A stretch of 64,000 nucleotides of DNA. Source: a bacterium. Its GTDB lineage: Bacteria > Hinthialibacterota > Hinthialibacteria > Hinthialibacterales > Hinthialibacteraceae. Below are positions 10,003 to 18,662 of this stretch, piece by piece (the stretch's first letter is position 1; the number at the start of each line of letters is the position of its first letter). The notes beneath the pieces are model-generated. The model did no database searches, was not told the DNA's origin, and saw nothing but the letters and a program-made list of their open reading frames with translations. The position numbers were made by a program, and so were the translations under genes. Location of the stretch: NCBI GenBank assembly GCA_041946805.1, contig JBHGBC010000002.1, positions 64,001 to 128,000 on the forward strand. Reading direction: 5' to 3'.

Positions 10003-10090
10003 ATGGAGAAGTGGGCGGGCCGCTGCCAATTCCCAGGATGAGTTACGCGCTTCGCGCTGATCCATCCTCCGTTTCCTCATTGTTCCTCAA

Positions 10091-11890
10091 TCAAAACAAT
10101 GTCCATCCCGGAATCCCCGTCAAGCCGGAAACCACGGGCAGCATGACATGCGATGGATAGGCCGGGCTGGCGTGCACGCGGGTCAGGGCGGTGAGGGGCC
10201 GGCCGTTTTGTCCTAACTGCTTGTAGAGGGGATTGGGATCGAACCGGGGCGAATTGGTGTTGGCCACGATCAGGCGGATCCGGTGCCCCGTGTTGAAGAC
10301 CAGGCTGGTGCTCCAGAGGTCGATCTCATAGGGAATAACCTCGCCGGGCGTGATGGGCGTGGGATTCGAGAGCGAATCCCGAAACGAAGCGCGCAGGATG
10401 CCGTCACACACCAGCATGGAACGGCCGTCGGGATACACATCGGTCAGCCGCGCGGCCAGGTCGTTGTCCGTCAGGTTCGATTCGGCATAAATCACCGCCT
10501 CGATCCGCCCCGTCACCTCCACCGGTTCGGTCAGGGGTTCCGTGCTGAACACCAGGACATCCGGGCGCGATTCGAGAGGCCGCTGGTCCCAAGGGCCGGA
10601 ATTATCATCCAGGTTCATCCCCCCCAGCGTGGGCACGGGATTGTTGGGAACCACGGTCAACTCGCCGCTCCAGGATCCGGTGTTGGATAGAGTGGAGAGA
10701 TCCCCGCCGTCCCGCAGATATAAGCGGGTGGGGGTGGAGGCGGGCGGCCAGGAAGCGCTGGTCTTCCAAACGTTGCCCGGCGCTTGCGCCGCGCTGGTAT
10801 CGCCCATCACGTAATACTTGACCGCCGGCTGGTCCATCACCCCGTTGTTGCTGCCTTTCAACCAATAATCGAACCAGGCGATGGTGTCGGTGATTTCCGT
10901 GCTGAATTCGGAGTTCGCCGGATAAGTCAATTGCCCTTGCTGCAGATCGAATTCGTTGACATGCGTCCAGGGACCGATGATCAGTCGTTGTCTTCCCCGC
11001 GCGCCTTCCGCCCCCCGGGTTTGCCGGCCCACGAATCCGTCCAGGGTTCCCTCTTGGAAGCAATCGTAAAATCCCCCCACGAACATCGTGGGCACGTTGA
11101 TCACCTCGTGCTTGGAGGCCACGTCCAGCTGCGCCCAAAAATCGTCCCGGACCGGATGCGCTTGGAATAGGGGGATCATCTGGGGGATCTCATTGTCCGT
11201 CAGCCAACCGTCGACCAGCGATTTCCGGTAAACGCCCCCGGGATAACCGATTTGCTCGTAGCCCCGCGTGGCCGCAAAGCCGATCACCTGGCAGGTTAGA
11301 TGCGGCGGAACCGCACCCGCCGCCAGGCCGCTGAGAATGCCCAGCGCCGAATGCCCCCACATGCCCACTTTGCCGTTGTTCCACTTCTGCGCGGCGATCC
11401 ATTCAATGGTGTCGTAACCATCCTGCAACGTTCCCCACCCGTCGCTCAAGAAGATGAGCGGCTCGCCTTCCGAATCGTACCGCCCCCGCGTGTCCTGGAA
11501 GACCAGCGAGTAGCCGGTCAAAACCAGCAATTGCAACTTATCCAGTTCCGGAATGTTCTTCCGCCCGTAGGGCGTCCGCACCAGCACCGTGGGAGTCGAA
11601 CCGAACAGGGGTTTGAAGACCGTGGCGGCCAGTTGTACCCCGTCCCGCATGGGGATCTTGATTTCGCTGTCGAACAGCCCTTGCTGCCGCAGACGGCCCT
11701 TGAACTCCTCGAAGGTCATTTGGGGGTGTCGATAAGCCGGTTTTGACACCATCATGTGGCCCGGTTCCACGCCGGTCTCCGGCACGGCCCAGGACAAGCC
11801 CACGCCGGCAAACACCGCCGTCACCAACAGCGTCAATCCCACGATCCTGGACACGATTCGCTTCATGGCCGCCTCGCGCATCCTTTTCAT
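10091..11890 (-). CDS. CocE/NonD family serine hydrolase, secreted
   Basis: IPMRDGVQLA, RTPYG, QDTRGRYDSEG, GHSALG nucleophile elbow, GPWTH and PepX-like C-terminal domain. Alternative start 11866. Confidence 0.9.
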   Translation of the reverse strand: MKRMREAAMKRIVSRIVGLTLLVTAVFAGVGLSWAVPETGVEPGHMMVSKPAYRHPQMTFEEFKGRLRQQGLFDSEIKIPMRDGVQLAATVFKPLFGSTPTVLVRTPYGRKNIPELDKLQLLVLTGYSLVFQDTRGRYDSEGEPLIFLSDGWGTLQDGYDTIEWIAAQKWNNGKVGMWGHSALGILSGLAAGAVPPHLTCQVIGFAATRGYEQIGYPGGVYRKSLVDGWLTDNEIPQMIPLFQAHPVRDDFWAQLDVASKHEVINVPTMFVGGFYDCFQEGTLDGFVGRQTRGAEGARGRQRLIIGPWTHVNEFDLQQGQLTYPANSEFSTEITDTIAWFDYWLKGSNNGVMDQPAVKYYVMGDTSAAQAPGNVWKTSASWPPASTPTRLYLRDGGDLSTLSNTGSWSGELTVVPNNPVPTLGGMNLDDNSGPWDQRPLESRPDVLVFSTEPLTEPVEVTGRIEAVIYAESNLTDNDLAARLTDVYPDGRSMLVCDGILRASFRDSLSNPTPITPGEVIPYEIDLWSTSLVFNTGHRIRLIVANTNSPRFDPNPLYKQLGQNGRPLTALTRVHASPAYPSHVMLPVVSGLTGIPGWTLF

Positions 11891-12288
11891 TTGATTTTAA
11901 GATAACTCTGAGTCCAAGGTTACAGTTTTCGATATTTCAGGGTAACGATTTGCCGATACGGTACACTGATTATCCATCTCCGGTGGTGGTTATGAGAATA
12001 GCCCAGAATGTTAGGCCAGGATAAGGCGGGTCAGGACCGGTGGGGTTTGGTACGCACTTTCCGGATGACCTTTTATAATGAAGGGCAGGCGGGAGTGGAT
12101 TTTCGTCTCCAGGAAATCCTCCCGCGCCGCCCGCCCGGTCGCGGTGGGGCCGAAAATCACGCGGATTCAAAAATCCGCTTCTCAGAAAACGGAAAAACTA
12201 GTACCATGACCCGGGAACGAAGAATTACGGATACTGTAATTATCGTTCCACACTCGATCCCGGATCCAAGAACACGAGATAAACAACG

Positions 12289-13980
12289 ATGAGCCGATCC
12301 CGCAGAAAGAAACCCAGTCCTCCGGACGCGGCCTCCCAGCCGAAAGGGAGCCAGCCTGACAACCTGCCTTCCAGCGAACTCCATCGGGAGGATGCCCGGC
12401 CCGCTCCGGCCGCCAAATCCGCCTCCGCGGTGAAATCCAGGCCGCACCGGCACGGGCCGGCGCCTAAATCCGCTTCCGCCCCTAAATCCGCTCCCGCCGC
12501 GAAGCCCGGGCCTCATCCCCGGCCTATTCAGCCCGCTAAATCCGGCCCGCCGGGCAAACCGGCCTCCCCGCCGCGGCCCGTGGAACCGTCCCGGCCCCAC
12601 CATCCGCCCAAAGCCGCGCCCAAAACCGCCCGGCCCGAAGCCGCCCCGGCCGAGGCCGCCAAGCCGGAAACCAAAAGTGAGGCCGCCCGTCCGGGAGCCC
12701 GGCCCACCCACCGCATGGTTTTCGCCAATGAGGCGGGTTACTCGCTGGCGGCCATCGCCGAAAACGATCACTTGACCGATTTTTGGATCCAGGAAGAGCA
12801 ACTGTCCGACCGTGGCACGAGCGGAAACATCTACCGGGGGGTGGTCTCCAAGGTCGTTCCGGCGCTCAGCGCGGCTTTTGTGGACATCGGCCTGGAAAAA
12901 GACGGATTCCTCAGTTTTCCCGACCTGGGGCCGGAGATCCGGCGTGGCGGCCGGACGATCCACGTCGAATCGGGCCGGCGGCACAAGATCGAGGAAACCC
13001 TCAAGCCGGGCGACAACGTGCTGGTGCAGATGGCCAAGGAATCGATCGGCGACAAGGGACCCAGCCTGTCGGGCAAGATCACCCTGCCCGGCCGTTTCGT
13101 GATCCTCATGCCCTACGCCCAAGCCATCCGCATGTCGCGGATGCTGGACACCGAGGAACGCCACCGCATCCGCGACCTGGTGGAGAACGAATCGGATTTC
13201 GAGGGCGGTTTGATTTTCCGGACCGCCTCGCAGGGACGCAACATCCGGGAGATTCAGCACGACCTGAGTTACCTGACGCGCACCTGGAAACGGATCCGGG
13301 AGGATTTCGAGGACGGCACCGATTCCAAACTGCTCCACCGCGAGATCGCCCTCTTCGAACGGGTGCTGCGGGATAACTTCTCCGCCGATATTGCGGAAAT
13401 CGTGGTTGATCATCCCCGTCTCAAACACCGCATCGCGCAATTTCTCAAAATCATCGCCCCCCGCGCCAAGCCCGACGAGTTGATCAAGTTCCACACCGGC
13501 AAGGACCAGTCGGTGTGGAGCGCGCACAACCTGACGCGGGACATCGACCAGCTGTTCGGCAACTGCGTCCGCCTGAAATGCGGGGGGTACATCATCATCG
13601 AGGAGATGGAAACCCTGACCGCGATCGACGTCAATACCGGCCGCAACATCGGGGGCAAGAACCAGGAAGAGAACATCGTCGAAACCAACCTGGAGGCCGC
13701 GGTCGAGATTCCCCGCCAGCTGCGCCTGCGTCAGATCGGAGGAATCATCGTCATCGACTTCATCGACATGCGCCTGAAACGCAACCAGGACCGCGTGTTC
13801 AAGGCCATGGAACGGGAACTGGCCAAGGACCGCACGCCCTCGGATATCCAGCAATTCACCGACCTGGGGCTGATCCAGATCACCCGCCAACGGGTGGGCA
13901 AGAGCCTTACGCGGCGCCTGACCTACACCTGCGCCCACTGCAAGGGCAGTGGACGCCTGCCTTCCATCAATCTCGATTGA
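12289..13980 (+). CDS. rng: Rne/Rng family ribonuclease with N-terminal Pro/Ala/Lys-rich extension
   Basis: S1 domain GNIYRGVV..AAFVDIG, TAIDVNTG, GGIIVIDFIDM and Zn-link CAHCKGSG. Confidence 0.9.
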   Translation: MSRSRRKKPSPPDAASQPKGSQPDNLPSSELHREDARPAPAAKSASAVKSRPHRHGPAPKSASAPKSAPAAKPGPHPRPIQPAKSGPPGKPASPPRPVEPSRPHHPPKAAPKTARPEAAPAEAAKPETKSEAARPGARPTHRMVFANEAGYSLAAIAENDHLTDFWIQEEQLSDRGTSGNIYRGVVSKVVPALSAAFVDIGLEKDGFLSFPDLGPEIRRGGRTIHVESGRRHKIEETLKPGDNVLVQMAKESIGDKGPSLSGKITLPGRFVILMPYAQAIRMSRMLDTEERHRIRDLVENESDFEGGLIFRTASQGRNIREIQHDLSYLTRTWKRIREDFEDGTDSKLLHREIALFERVLRDNFSADIAEIVVDHPRLKHRIAQFLKIIAPRAKPDELIKFHTGKDQSVWSAHNLTRDIDQLFGNCVRLKCGGYIIIEEMETLTAIDVNTGRNIGGKNQEENIVETNLEAAVEIPRQLRLRQIGGIIVIDFIDMRLKRNQDRVFKAMERELAKDRTPSDIQQFTDLGLIQITRQRVGKSLTRRLTYTCAHCKGSGRLPSINLD

Positions 13981-14121
13981 CCGCTCCGCTTTGGTTCTTG
14001 CCGCCTGGATGGAGGCGGGGCGGTTGAATTGCCCCATGTGGTTCGATTGGAGAACGGCCGAACGGCGTGATCCTTAGCCTGCACTGGCCAACGGCTCCGT
14101 ACCTGGATCATAGCAGGGATT

Positions 14122-14156
14122 AAAAAAACGTAGAGGCGCGGTCACGCGCCTCTACG
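14122..14156 (-). terminator. Intrinsic terminator for the 14186-14866 gene
   Basis: 12-bp perfect stem cgtagaggcgcg/cgcgcctctacg followed by T7 on the minus strand. Confidence 0.75.
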
Positions 14157-14185
14157 CGAAACAACTCCATGATCCGGCGGCCGGA

Positions 14186-14866
14186 TTATTCGTACAGTCC
14201 AAAATCACTGACGGCCGTCGAGCCTTGCACAATACTGACATCCGTAAACTTGGCTTGTTCGATGGTGCTTGTGTCGTGCGAGGTCACTTCCAGGCCGACC
14301 ACGATGGTATCCAGCATCACGATCTCTTTACTGGCGAGTTCCATGAAACCGCCCGCAGTCAGCCCCCGGGACATCGTGAACACATTACCCTCCCGTTTCA
14401 GCTGGATGGTATTGTTCAGAATGCTGAGGTCCTCGGTGCCCGAGTAAAAGGTATCTTCCTCCGAACCGGGGTTCTGCCGGTTAAAGAAATTGCTTAAATT
14501 CCCCCGGATGATCGCCGCGCAGGAATATTCGCCATCGTCGCGGCTGGGGTCGTCCGCCGTGTTACGGGCCAGGATGCCGGCTTTTTTCCATTCATCACCG
14601 GTGTCCACTCCGGTTAACCATTCCACCGTGGCAATCGCGGTGAAATCGCCGGTGATTTCTTTATAAACCCAAAAGAATCCATCCGGCACGCCCCAAATGT
14701 CATTGCCGCTGCCTTCAATCAGGTAGACTCCGTTTTCAAACGTAGCGAGACCGGCGCCTGCGTCACTGCCCACGCTGGTCTGATCGGTGAAGATCCCAAT
14801 CGGTTGCCCGAAACACACCAGACCGCTGCACAGGATTGCCATCATCATGGAAAATCTTTTCATCAC
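14186..14866 (-). CDS. Secreted ConA-like/DUF1349-like beta-sandwich protein with short C-terminal tail motif
   Basis: Signal peptide, GSGNDIWG, YKEITGDF, WKKAGILAR and VGLEVTSH. Ends STAVSDFGLYE. Confidence 0.7.
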   Translation of the reverse strand: MMKRFSMMMAILCSGLVCFGQPIGIFTDQTSVGSDAGAGLATFENGVYLIEGSGNDIWGVPDGFFWVYKEITGDFTAIATVEWLTGVDTGDEWKKAGILARNTADDPSRDDGEYSCAAIIRGNLSNFFNRQNPGSEEDTFYSGTEDLSILNNTIQLKREGNVFTMSRGLTAGGFMELASKEIVMLDTIVVGLEVTSHDTSTIEQAKFTDVSIVQGSTAVSDFGLYE

Positions 14867-15802
14867 GTTTCTCCCTTTCCTTTTTTAGATTGGGCCCATG
14901 GACCCTGCTGAACCAACCTCTGACTCCGTCCTCCTTCACCAAATGGAAACCATTTGATTGACATTAATCAAATCAGAAATCCTTCAGCCCGTTGCCTTCC
15001 CTTTCACCTTTTACAACCAGCAGTTCACCTTTGAAGCCGGAAATCGTTTGCCCTCGATGATGAAGCGATTCTCTCACGCGGATTGAATCCTGTCAATCAG
15101 TTTTTTATTGCGCCTGTCGTTTCATTCAGATTGAACCAGGGGCGGTCCATCCGCGCGGTTCCTTCTTCTTGCCGGCGGGAGAAGTTTTCCCGGGGCGGAA
15201 AACGAGGCGCATCGCGCTGGGGATCACAAAACGCCGAAATGCGGCCCCTTGGATCCAGATCCCCCAACAAGGGAGGAATGCTGTATTTATTTTTATAAAT
15301 TTATCGGCTTTCACTGGGAATGGAGCACATGGTAGTGACAACGCGCTTCATACCAGCGCCATTATAAGGGGGAATCCGGAAGTCCCTATCCAAAAAAACA
15401 TTTTCCTCAACACATAGGATGCGGTGGCGCGGTTGGGGCCGTTGGCCGTGTTCAAGTCCGTCGAGCGGCTCAGTTTCGGCCCGTCTGACCGTTCCCATCC
15501 CGCATGGTTTCCCATCCCATAGGACCCGGTGACAGGGGCCTGTATCAGCGCTGGATGGGCTCAAGGCGAGGCATAAGCCTCCATAATCCGGTCCGGCAGG
15601 GATCCCACCCGACGACCTAAAAATGACCGGATTGACGATAACGGGGATGTGCCGTATAGTGAGCTGGTTTTGCTCCTGTTTCGCTCCGAAACAAGACCTT
15701 CCAGGCGAACCGGATTCCATGAACCAGGTGTTTGACCGCCGGCTCAATCCATCCTTGATAAACACCCATTTCCGTCCGGAAATGGGAGAGAGGCGTCTCG
15801 TG

Positions 15803-18232
15803 ATGATTGGAAATCTCCAACCTTCCTTCACCCGCATTTGTGTGATCACGGTGGTTGCTCTTTCCGCCCTTCTCCTCGGGATTAATCCCGGATGGACGCA
15901 AACGCAAAACGTCGCGGCCGTAACCCAATCCTCGGAGGAACAGAATGCCACTCCCACGCCTCCCGCGGCGGCGGTTCCCTCCGCGAAAGCTACGCAGATC
16001 TCGGTGCCACCCGCGGGACGGTTTCCTATTTCCGGTATCCGGCCGGAGATGGTGGTGCCGTTGGGAGAACGCTTCAACCTCTCCGATATCGAACTGAAAA
16101 ACATCGAAGCCAAGGAACTTGAACTCAAGGACATGTTCGATGAGCGGAAGCGGATTTTGAGCATCAAGGAGAGGGAAAGGGTATTCGGGATCGGATTTTT
16201 CAGTATCGCCAATGTCACCAATTTGCACTCGATCATCCATTCCCGCCCCATCACCGATGAGTACCGGCTCGGCCGGGGAGACGAGCTGATCATCCGGATC
16301 ACGGGGATGCGCCAGGAGACGCTGACCCCGAAAATCGACGAGCGGGGCAGCATTCCCTTGCCTTCTTCCTCTCCCTTCATCCAGGGGAAAACCATAATCG
16401 AGGCCCGGCAAGTCATCCGCGACAATCTGCTGCAAATCTACAAAAACATCAACGTGGATACGGAAATCTCCAAACTGGGGCAGTTCGGCGTGTACGTGGT
16501 GGGCGAGGTGAAAAACCAAGGGATTTACAGCGTGGCCGGGAACTTCACCATCATGGACCTGATGTATCTCTGCGGCGGGCCCACGGTGAATGGCACCTTC
16601 CGGAACATCACCCTGGCCCGGGTGCAAATGGGCGCCAAGGAAAACGAGGTCCGGGAAGAGAGCTACGTCATTGACTTGTACAAAATGATGATCGACGGAG
16701 ACATGACCCAAAACTTCTATCTCCGCCCCGGAGATGTGGTCATCGTTCCCCCGGTGGGCAAGACGTTCGGGGTGTACGGGGAGGTGAAACGCCCGGCCCG
16801 GTACGAGTATTCCGAAGAGATGACTATCGAACAGGCCTTGGGCTACGCCGGCGGATTCACCCCCAAGGCGCAGCATGAGCGGCTGAACGTGCAGCGGCTG
16901 GGGAAAAACAACCAGATCACCCTCATGCGCGTGGATTACACCGACGCCGCCCAGCGGGAGCAACCCGTGCAGGATGGAGACCTCATCCTGGTGTTCCCCC
17001 GCAGCCCCATCGTGGGGGAATCCATTTCCATCATCGGCAATGTCGTGTTGCCGGGCGATTACGCCCTGGTTCCGGGGATGAAGCTGAGCGATCTGCTGAG
17101 CAAGGCCGGCGGAGTCTTGCCGGGCACCTACAAGAGCAACGTGGAGATCTTGCGCTTCGTCTCGGATGTGCGGCGCAAGGTGATCAGCGTCTCTTTGGGG
17201 GACGATTTCCTGCCGGACAAGGACAACGACATTCCCTTGGCCGAATGGGACATCGTGAAGATCTTCAAGGAGGACGACATCCTCGAACGGCCGGTGGTGG
17301 CTATCGCCGGCGAGGCCGTCAATCCGGGCTATTACGCCATGCGCGACAACATGCGGGTCAGCAACCTGATCTCGGCGGCCAGCGGCGTCACCCACCGGGC
17401 GTATTTAGACTCGGCCGAACTGATCCGCACCGACACGAGCGGCCAGGTGCGCGTGCTCCCCGTGAACCTCCAAGACATTCTCCGGAATCCCAACAGCCAG
17501 GAAAACGTGTTGTTGCAGAACCTGGACGTGCTGCGGATCCATTCGCTGCCGGATAAAATGGCCGGCATCACCGTCCAGGTCGAGGGCCGCGTGAAGGTGC
17601 CCGGCGCGTATTTTCTGCCCCAAAACGCCACCGTGAATGAGGTCATCGCCCGGGCCGGCGGATACCGGGAGGACGCCTTCGAGCCGGGAATCATCCTAAC
17701 CCGCCAGTCGCTGATGGAAACCGAGGACACGTTCCGCCGCTCCCTGCAGGAAGAACAGGAAACGGAGTTGCTCCGCCTGCAGGCGGCCTTGTCGGAAAGC
17801 GCGGTGGTGGACGACCAGCAAAAGATGATCTTGCGGGCGCAGGAATTCCGGAAGCGGATCCTGGCCATCCTGGCGAACAAGATCGTGCAAGGACGGGTGA
17901 TTTTCGACAACGGCCGGGATGATCCGGTCCTCAAGGACGGCGACCGCGTGGTGGTCCCCTCCAAGCCCGAGACGGTGATGGTGTTGGGCGCGGTGTACAA
18001 TTCCGGCTCGCTGATCTATCAGTCCGGAGCCTCGCTGCAGGATTATTTGAACAAGGTGGGGGGCCTGACGCCGTTCGCCGACGAATCGCAGATTCACATC
18101 TTCCGTCCCAACGGCATGGTGTCGCGGACGGGAAACGGCAGCCTGGAAATCGGCCTGGGCGATATCATCGTGGTCCCGCCCAAGTTGGAAGTGTTTTCCC
18201 AGGCCCAGCCGCCGGACGCATCGAAGAATTGA
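15803..18232 (+). CDS. Polysaccharide export protein with multiple SLBB domains (Wza/KpsD-like)
   Basis: YRLGRGDEL Poly_export motif, then about six repeats of GEV..PG.Y ... AGG ... L..GD. Confidence 0.88.
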   Translation: MIGNLQPSFTRICVITVVALSALLLGINPGWTQTQNVAAVTQSSEEQNATPTPPAAAVPSAKATQISVPPAGRFPISGIRPEMVVPLGERFNLSDIELKNIEAKELELKDMFDERKRILSIKERERVFGIGFFSIANVTNLHSIIHSRPITDEYRLGRGDELIIRITGMRQETLTPKIDERGSIPLPSSSPFIQGKTIIEARQVIRDNLLQIYKNINVDTEISKLGQFGVYVVGEVKNQGIYSVAGNFTIMDLMYLCGGPTVNGTFRNITLARVQMGAKENEVREESYVIDLYKMMIDGDMTQNFYLRPGDVVIVPPVGKTFGVYGEVKRPARYEYSEEMTIEQALGYAGGFTPKAQHERLNVQRLGKNNQITLMRVDYTDAAQREQPVQDGDLILVFPRSPIVGESISIIGNVVLPGDYALVPGMKLSDLLSKAGGVLPGTYKSNVEILRFVSDVRRKVISVSLGDDFLPDKDNDIPLAEWDIVKIFKEDDILERPVVAIAGEAVNPGYYAMRDNMRVSNLISAASGVTHRAYLDSAELIRTDTSGQVRVLPVNLQDILRNPNSQENVLLQNLDVLRIHSLPDKMAGITVQVEGRVKVPGAYFLPQNATVNEVIARAGGYREDAFEPGIILTRQSLMETEDTFRRSLQEEQETELLRLQAALSESAVVDDQQKMILRAQEFRKRILAILANKIVQGRVIFDNGRDDPVLKDGDRVVVPSKPETVMVLGAVYNSGSLIYQSGASLQDYLNKVGGLTPFADESQIHIFRPNGMVSRTGNGSLEIGLGDIIVVPPKLEVFSQAQPPDASKN

Positions 18233-18282
18233 GGCATCGGCGCGCCCAATGGACAGGGTGTTCCGTGGACGTCCTCCAAGGA

Positions 18283-18351
18283 TGTCATCCCCGTTCGACT
18301 ATGTGTCATCCCCGTTTCTCGGGTTGTCATCCCCACGCAAGCGGGGATCCA
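18283..18351. repeat. Three TGTCATCCCC motifs at 21-bp period ending in a GTCATCCCC..GGGGATCCA palindrome
   Basis: Copies start at 18283, 18304 and 18325. A related inverted copy lies at about 803-828. Confidence 0.75.
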
Positions 18352-18662
18352 GGATATTTTCCTGAAGAACGGTTTCAGGGATGGGTGGGCTACGCTTCGC
18401 TTGGAGCCCACCCTATATTCCCTGTGCAACGCGCCCACTGTCTTCATGTATCACAGCGCAACCCTCCCCTCTTCCCCTGGGAGAGGGCCAGGGTGAGGGA
18501 ATTCTGTAGGGTGGGTGGATTGAAGCGAAATCCCCCATCCGGATCTGATTCAGACAAAAACCTGCCCTTTTCTCTCTCAGGAGCCCCGGAGGGGCATTCC
18601 TATTTTAGCCAGGGGTAAAACCCCTGGAACATTGAAATATCTTGACATCCGATCAGGCGGGA

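Noticed and set aside
15415..15620. 6S or SRP RNA
   Set aside because: Lacks the SRP GGAA-loop domain IV consensus and a clear 6S long hairpin with central bubble. Kept only as a weak unknown-RNA candidate.
18283..18351. Short regularly spaced repeats as a possible CRISPR array (also 53523-53561 and 9215-9250)
   Set aside because: Repeat units of 9-14 bp with no 25-45-bp unique spacers, and no cas genes.
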